NCBI GenBank assembly: GCA_003164855.1
Contig: PLUI01000225.1
Span: 72,723 to 114,942 of the forward strand
Source: Acidobacteriaceae bacterium
GTDB taxonomy: Bacteria > Acidobacteriota > Terriglobia > Terriglobales > Acidobacteriaceae
Direction of reading: 5' to 3'
DNA length: 42,220 nt
Below the pieces are notes generated by a model that worked only from the letters and a program-made list of their open reading frames with translations, was not told the origin of the DNA and made no database searches. This document shows positions 39,885-42,220 of the stretch, piece by piece (the stretch's first letter is position 1; the number at the start of each line of letters is the position of its first letter). The position numbers were made by a program, and so were the translations under genes.

Positions 39885-40959
39885 AAGAACTGCTTGCGTT
39901 TGTCTGTGACCCCAATCGCAGCTTGATTTTGAGGTCTTCGGCGATCTGTTTGCCGTGGAAGCGGCCGTTCTCGATGAAGATTTCATTGGTGCGAGATCCG
40001 GCCACGATCACCCCGGCAACATAGATTCCGGCCACATTGCTCTCCAGCGAGACCGGATCGCACACTGGACGATGCTGCTCGGCCGAAAGTTCAATCCCCA
40101 TGCTGCGAAGAAAATCATAGTCAGGGTGATAGCCGATGAGGGCGAGCACAAAGTCGTTCTTCAGGCGAAGCGGCCCGCCAGGGGTGTTGATCACTACGTG
40201 GTCTATGCCAATTTCCTGCACGCTGCTGTTGAAATACGCTTCGATCTCGTTGCTCTTGATGCGGTTTTCGAGATCGGGCTTGATCCAATATTTGACGTGG
40301 TGATGCAATTGCGCGCCGCGATAGACCAGGGTGACGCGCGCGCCATGACGCCACAAATCCAGAGCAGCGATGGCGGCGGAGTTCTTGCCGCCGATTACCA
40401 GCACATCAGTATCGTAGTAAGGATGGGCGTCGCCGTAGTAGTGCGAGACCTTGGGCAGATCTTCGCCGGGAATGCACAATTGGTTGAAGAGATCATAATA
40501 GCCGGTGGAAACGATCACTTTCCGAGTTTTGTAGTCGTGCGGACGACCGACACGGTCGGTGGCCGTGATGCTGAAGTTTCCATCTTCGCCATTCACCGTC
40601 TTGACCCATTCGTACTGGTGAATGTCGAGATGGTAATGTTCCGAAACTTTGCGATAGTACTCCAGGGCTTCTTCGCGGGTGGGTTTTTGCCGGGCCGTGG
40701 TGAAAGGGATGTCGCCAATTTCAAGCAGCTCGGGAGTGGTGAAGAACAACATGTTAGGCGGATAGTGATACAGCGAATTCACCAGGCAGCCTTTGTCGAG
40801 AACGATGACTCGAAGTCCGACCTTTTGCGCTTCGATGGCGCAGGCGAGGCCGGTAGGCCCGGCGCCAATCACCAGCACGTCTGTGCGCACTTCAGGATGC
40901 GGGCGAACTTTGGGCTTGGGCAGAGTTTCGACGTCTTCGGCAGTGAGAAAGTCCGGCAT
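39883..40959 (-). CDS. ypdA: YpdA-family FAD/NAD(P)-dependent disulfide reductase (putative bacillithiol disulfide reductase)
   Basis: DVLVIGAGPTGLACAIEA..., VNSLYHYPPNMLFFTTPELLEIGDIPF, VIVSTGYYD, VLVIGGKNSAAIAALDL, GYHPDYDFL and NEIFIENGRFHG follow the YpdA pattern along the full length. The track ORF opens at 41127, but the ATG at 40959 (MPDFLTAEDV) gives the usual size. The ATG at 41025 is an alternative start. Confidence 0.8.
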   Translation of the reverse strand: MPDFLTAEDVETLPKPKVRPHPEVRTDVLVIGAGPTGLACAIEAQKVGLRVIVLDKGCLVNSLYHYPPNMLFFTTPELLEIGDIPFTTARQKPTREEALEYYRKVSEHYHLDIHQYEWVKTVNGEDGNFSITATDRVGRPHDYKTRKVIVSTGYYDLFNQLCIPGEDLPKVSHYYGDAHPYYDTDVLVIGGKNSAAIAALDLWRHGARVTLVYRGAQLHHHVKYWIKPDLENRIKSNEIEAYFNSSVQEIGIDHVVINTPGGPLRLKNDFVLALIGYHPDYDFLRSMGIELSAEQHRPVCDPVSLESNVAGIYVAGVIVAGSRTNEIFIENGRFHGKQIAEDLKIKLRLGSQTNASSS

Positions 40960-41135
40960 GAAATGTTGACCCTTGCGCCCGCCAACGGTGAACGGGCACA
41001 GATCAGAGACCGATGATTTTAGCATGGGAGAAACGCGGAAGCTTGAAAGTACCCTCCAGTGTGTCTGGGAAAGTGGCCTGGCGGAACGGTGAAGCAGTTG
41101 GCAGCCGGCTGCTGCGCAATCTGACAAGTGACAAT

Positions 41136-41153
41136 GTACACTTTACGGTGTAC
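41136..41153. promoter_or_regulatory. Inverted repeat GTACAC-N6-GTGTAC upstream of higB (candidate HigA operator)
   Basis: GTACAC at 41136-41141 and GTGTAC at 41148-41153, ending 4 nt before the higB ATG at 41158. Confidence 0.4.
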
Positions 41154-41157
41154 GATA

Positions 41158-41436
41158 ATGATCAGGAGTTTCAAGCATCGCGGCCTTAGGCGGATGTACG
41201 AGCGCGACGACCGAAGCGGAATACGGCCTGATTTCGCGGATACAATTCAGGAGATTTTGACCGTCCTAGATGACGCAGCGTCCCCGCGAGAGCTAGATCT
41301 CCCCGGTTACCGGCTGCATCCGCTCAAAGGCGACCTTAAAGGGTTTTGGTCTGTCACCGTACGAGCGAATTGGCGAATCATATTCCGCTTCGAGGGCGCC
41401 AATGCGTTTGACGTTGAACTGATCGACTATCACTAG
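41158..41436 (+). CDS. higB: HigB-type toxin (RelE/ParE superfamily; 'plasmid maintenance system killer')
   Basis: MIRSFKHRGLRRMYE...LDLPGYRLHPLKGDLKGFWSVTVRANWRIIFRFEG.NAFDVELIDYH is the HigB-like family pattern. An antitoxin gene follows 18 nt later. Confidence 0.85.
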   Translation: MIRSFKHRGLRRMYERDDRSGIRPDFADTIQEILTVLDDAASPRELDLPGYRLHPLKGDLKGFWSVTVRANWRIIFRFEGANAFDVELIDYH

Positions 41437-41454
41437 AGAAAAAAGGGAAACAGT

Positions 41455-41760
41455 ATGCCAATGAAAAATCCCGCCCATCCCGGGCGCATTGTAAGGAGCG
41501 CGTGTCTTGAACCCTTGGGCCTGTCCGTCACGGAGGGAGCGGAGGTTCTGGGCGTCACCCGGCAAACGCTCAACAACGTGGTCAACGGCAAGTCGGGGAT
41601 CAGCCCGGAGATGGCGATCCGGCTCTCGAAGGCGTTTGGCAGCACGCCGGAAACGTGGTTACGCATGCAGCTTGCCTACGATCTCGCACAAGCCCGAAAA
41701 GACGAGAGCAAAATCAAAGTCCGGCGTCAACATGGGCTGCAGGAGCTACACGCTCAGTGA
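41455..41760 (+). CDS. higA: HigA-type antitoxin (XRE-family HTH)
   Basis: HPGRIV....LEPLGLSVTEGAEVLGVTRQTLNNVVNGKSGISPEMAIRLSKAFGSTPETWLRMQ..YDL is the HigA/VapI pattern. Confidence 0.9.
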   Translation: MPMKNPAHPGRIVRSACLEPLGLSVTEGAEVLGVTRQTLNNVVNGKSGISPEMAIRLSKAFGSTPETWLRMQLAYDLAQARKDESKIKVRRQHGLQELHAQ

Positions 41761-41877
41761 CGAGGCCGTGCCGGGCAGTTGTGATGAAGAAAGATTAAAA
41801 GGCCCGGTGGCACTAAGGTACTCCCGCCGAAGGGTAGGCTGCTTCCTCCTTCGGCCCGACGCATAGGAGATTTCATC

Positions 41878-42220
41878 ATGTCTACTCTTACCGAGCACGC
41901 CACGCCATCCCGAGTGAAGACGCGCACCGAATCCGACAGCATGGGAAAAATCGAAGTCCCGGAGAACGTTTATTGGGGGGCGCAAACGCAACGCTCACTG
42001 CTGCACTTCAACATTGGACGAGACACCATGCCGCCGGAGTTGATTCGGGCATTTGGCACCTTGAAGAAGGCGTGCGCGCTGGTAAACCACGACCTCGGCA
42101 AACTGCCCGCGGACAAGGCAAAGTTGATCGTGCAGGCTGCCGACGAGGTGATTGCGGGCAAGCTGAACGATCAGTTTCCGCTCCGCATCTGGCAGACGGG
42201 CAGCGGCACGCAGACCAACA
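41878..42220 (+). CDS. fumC: Class II fumarate hydratase, N-terminal part; gene runs off the right edge
   Basis: My translation from the ATG at 41878 gives [47 protein letters not shown]...[15 protein letters not shown]. The GSGTQTN(MN) signature fits fumarase rather than aspartase. Confidence 0.9.
   Translation, partial: MSTLTEHATPSRVKTRTESDSMGKIEVPENVYWGAQTQRSLLHFNIGRDTMPPELIRAFGTLKKACALVNHDLGKLPADKAKLIVQAADEVIAGKLNDQFPLRIWQTGSGTQTN

Noticed and set aside
20560-39887. Considered whether the two AGTGGTCAGTG-containing elements are att-like boundaries of a 19-kb island
   Set aside because: The enclosed DNA carries core genes (idh, hemH, bc complex, ctaA, ssb) with no integrase. The elements are hairpins in opposite local contexts, which fits better with a dispersed REP-like family.
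39955-41016. 353-aa plus-strand ORF opposite ypdA
   Set aside because: The antisense frame matches the YpdA family end to end. The plus-strand product has no recognisable features.
1-42220. Scan for tRNA, rRNA, tmRNA, known riboswitch leaders, transposases, integrases, phage genes and recognised anti-phage defence genes
   Set aside because: No intergenic segment showed a cloverleaf-compatible sequence or an rRNA-like stretch. No ORF showed DDE/tyrosine-recombinase, capsid/terminase or defence-type (nuclease-helicase, STAND, Cas, RT) motifs. A by-eye scan cannot exclude small or novel RNAs.

Overview
This 42.2-kb window reads as a core chromosomal segment of a moderately GC-rich, soil-type bacterium. 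Gene content suggests Acidobacteriota: GloVer-repeat protein, beta-lactamase/NamZ fusion, and Rieske/split cytochrome b with a multihaem partner. That placement is inference only. I can support about 40 protein-coding genes. I found no rRNA, tRNA, CRISPR array, transposase, integrase or phage genes.

Gene order, left to right:
- A secreted BNR/Asp-box protein (partial), a polytopic membrane protein, NDH-2, an NfeD/SPFH-stomatin pair, a SPOR protein and an ArsR regulator.
- A 1170-aa multi-domain sensor kinase, divergent from a REC/HD-GYP regulator.
- A SIMPL protein and an orphan TrbI/VirB10-like protein.
- A MurNAc/peptidoglycan recycling set: beta-lactamase-fold+NamZ fusion, a second serine hydrolase, and MurQ.
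- A flippase-like membrane protein, NrdR, NAD-isocitrate dehydrogenase and a 7-repeat GloVer protein.
- An 11.8-kb co-directional respiratory cluster: hemH, Rieske, split cytochrome b, an octahaem cytochrome c, an amicyanin-like Cu lipoprotein, ctaA, an ABC-2 transporter and DUF420.
- A small ORF plus a HEAT-repeat protein, a ferredoxin, an 8-bladed PQQ-like propeller, ssb, pterin carbinolamine dehydratase, ypdA, higBA and the start of fumC.

The best candidate for an unusual or under-described system is the Rieske/cytochrome b module. Its c-type subunit is a 1089-aa membrane-anchored octahaem protein (a 3-haem module plus five class-I domains), followed by a type-1 copper lipoprotein.

The second notable signal lies outside the genes. 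Many intergenic spacers, including every internal spacer of the bc operon, carry hairpins built from short tandem 'words'. The words differ from site to site while the architecture stays the same.

I see no recognisable defence island. All functional calls come from motif reading without database searches.
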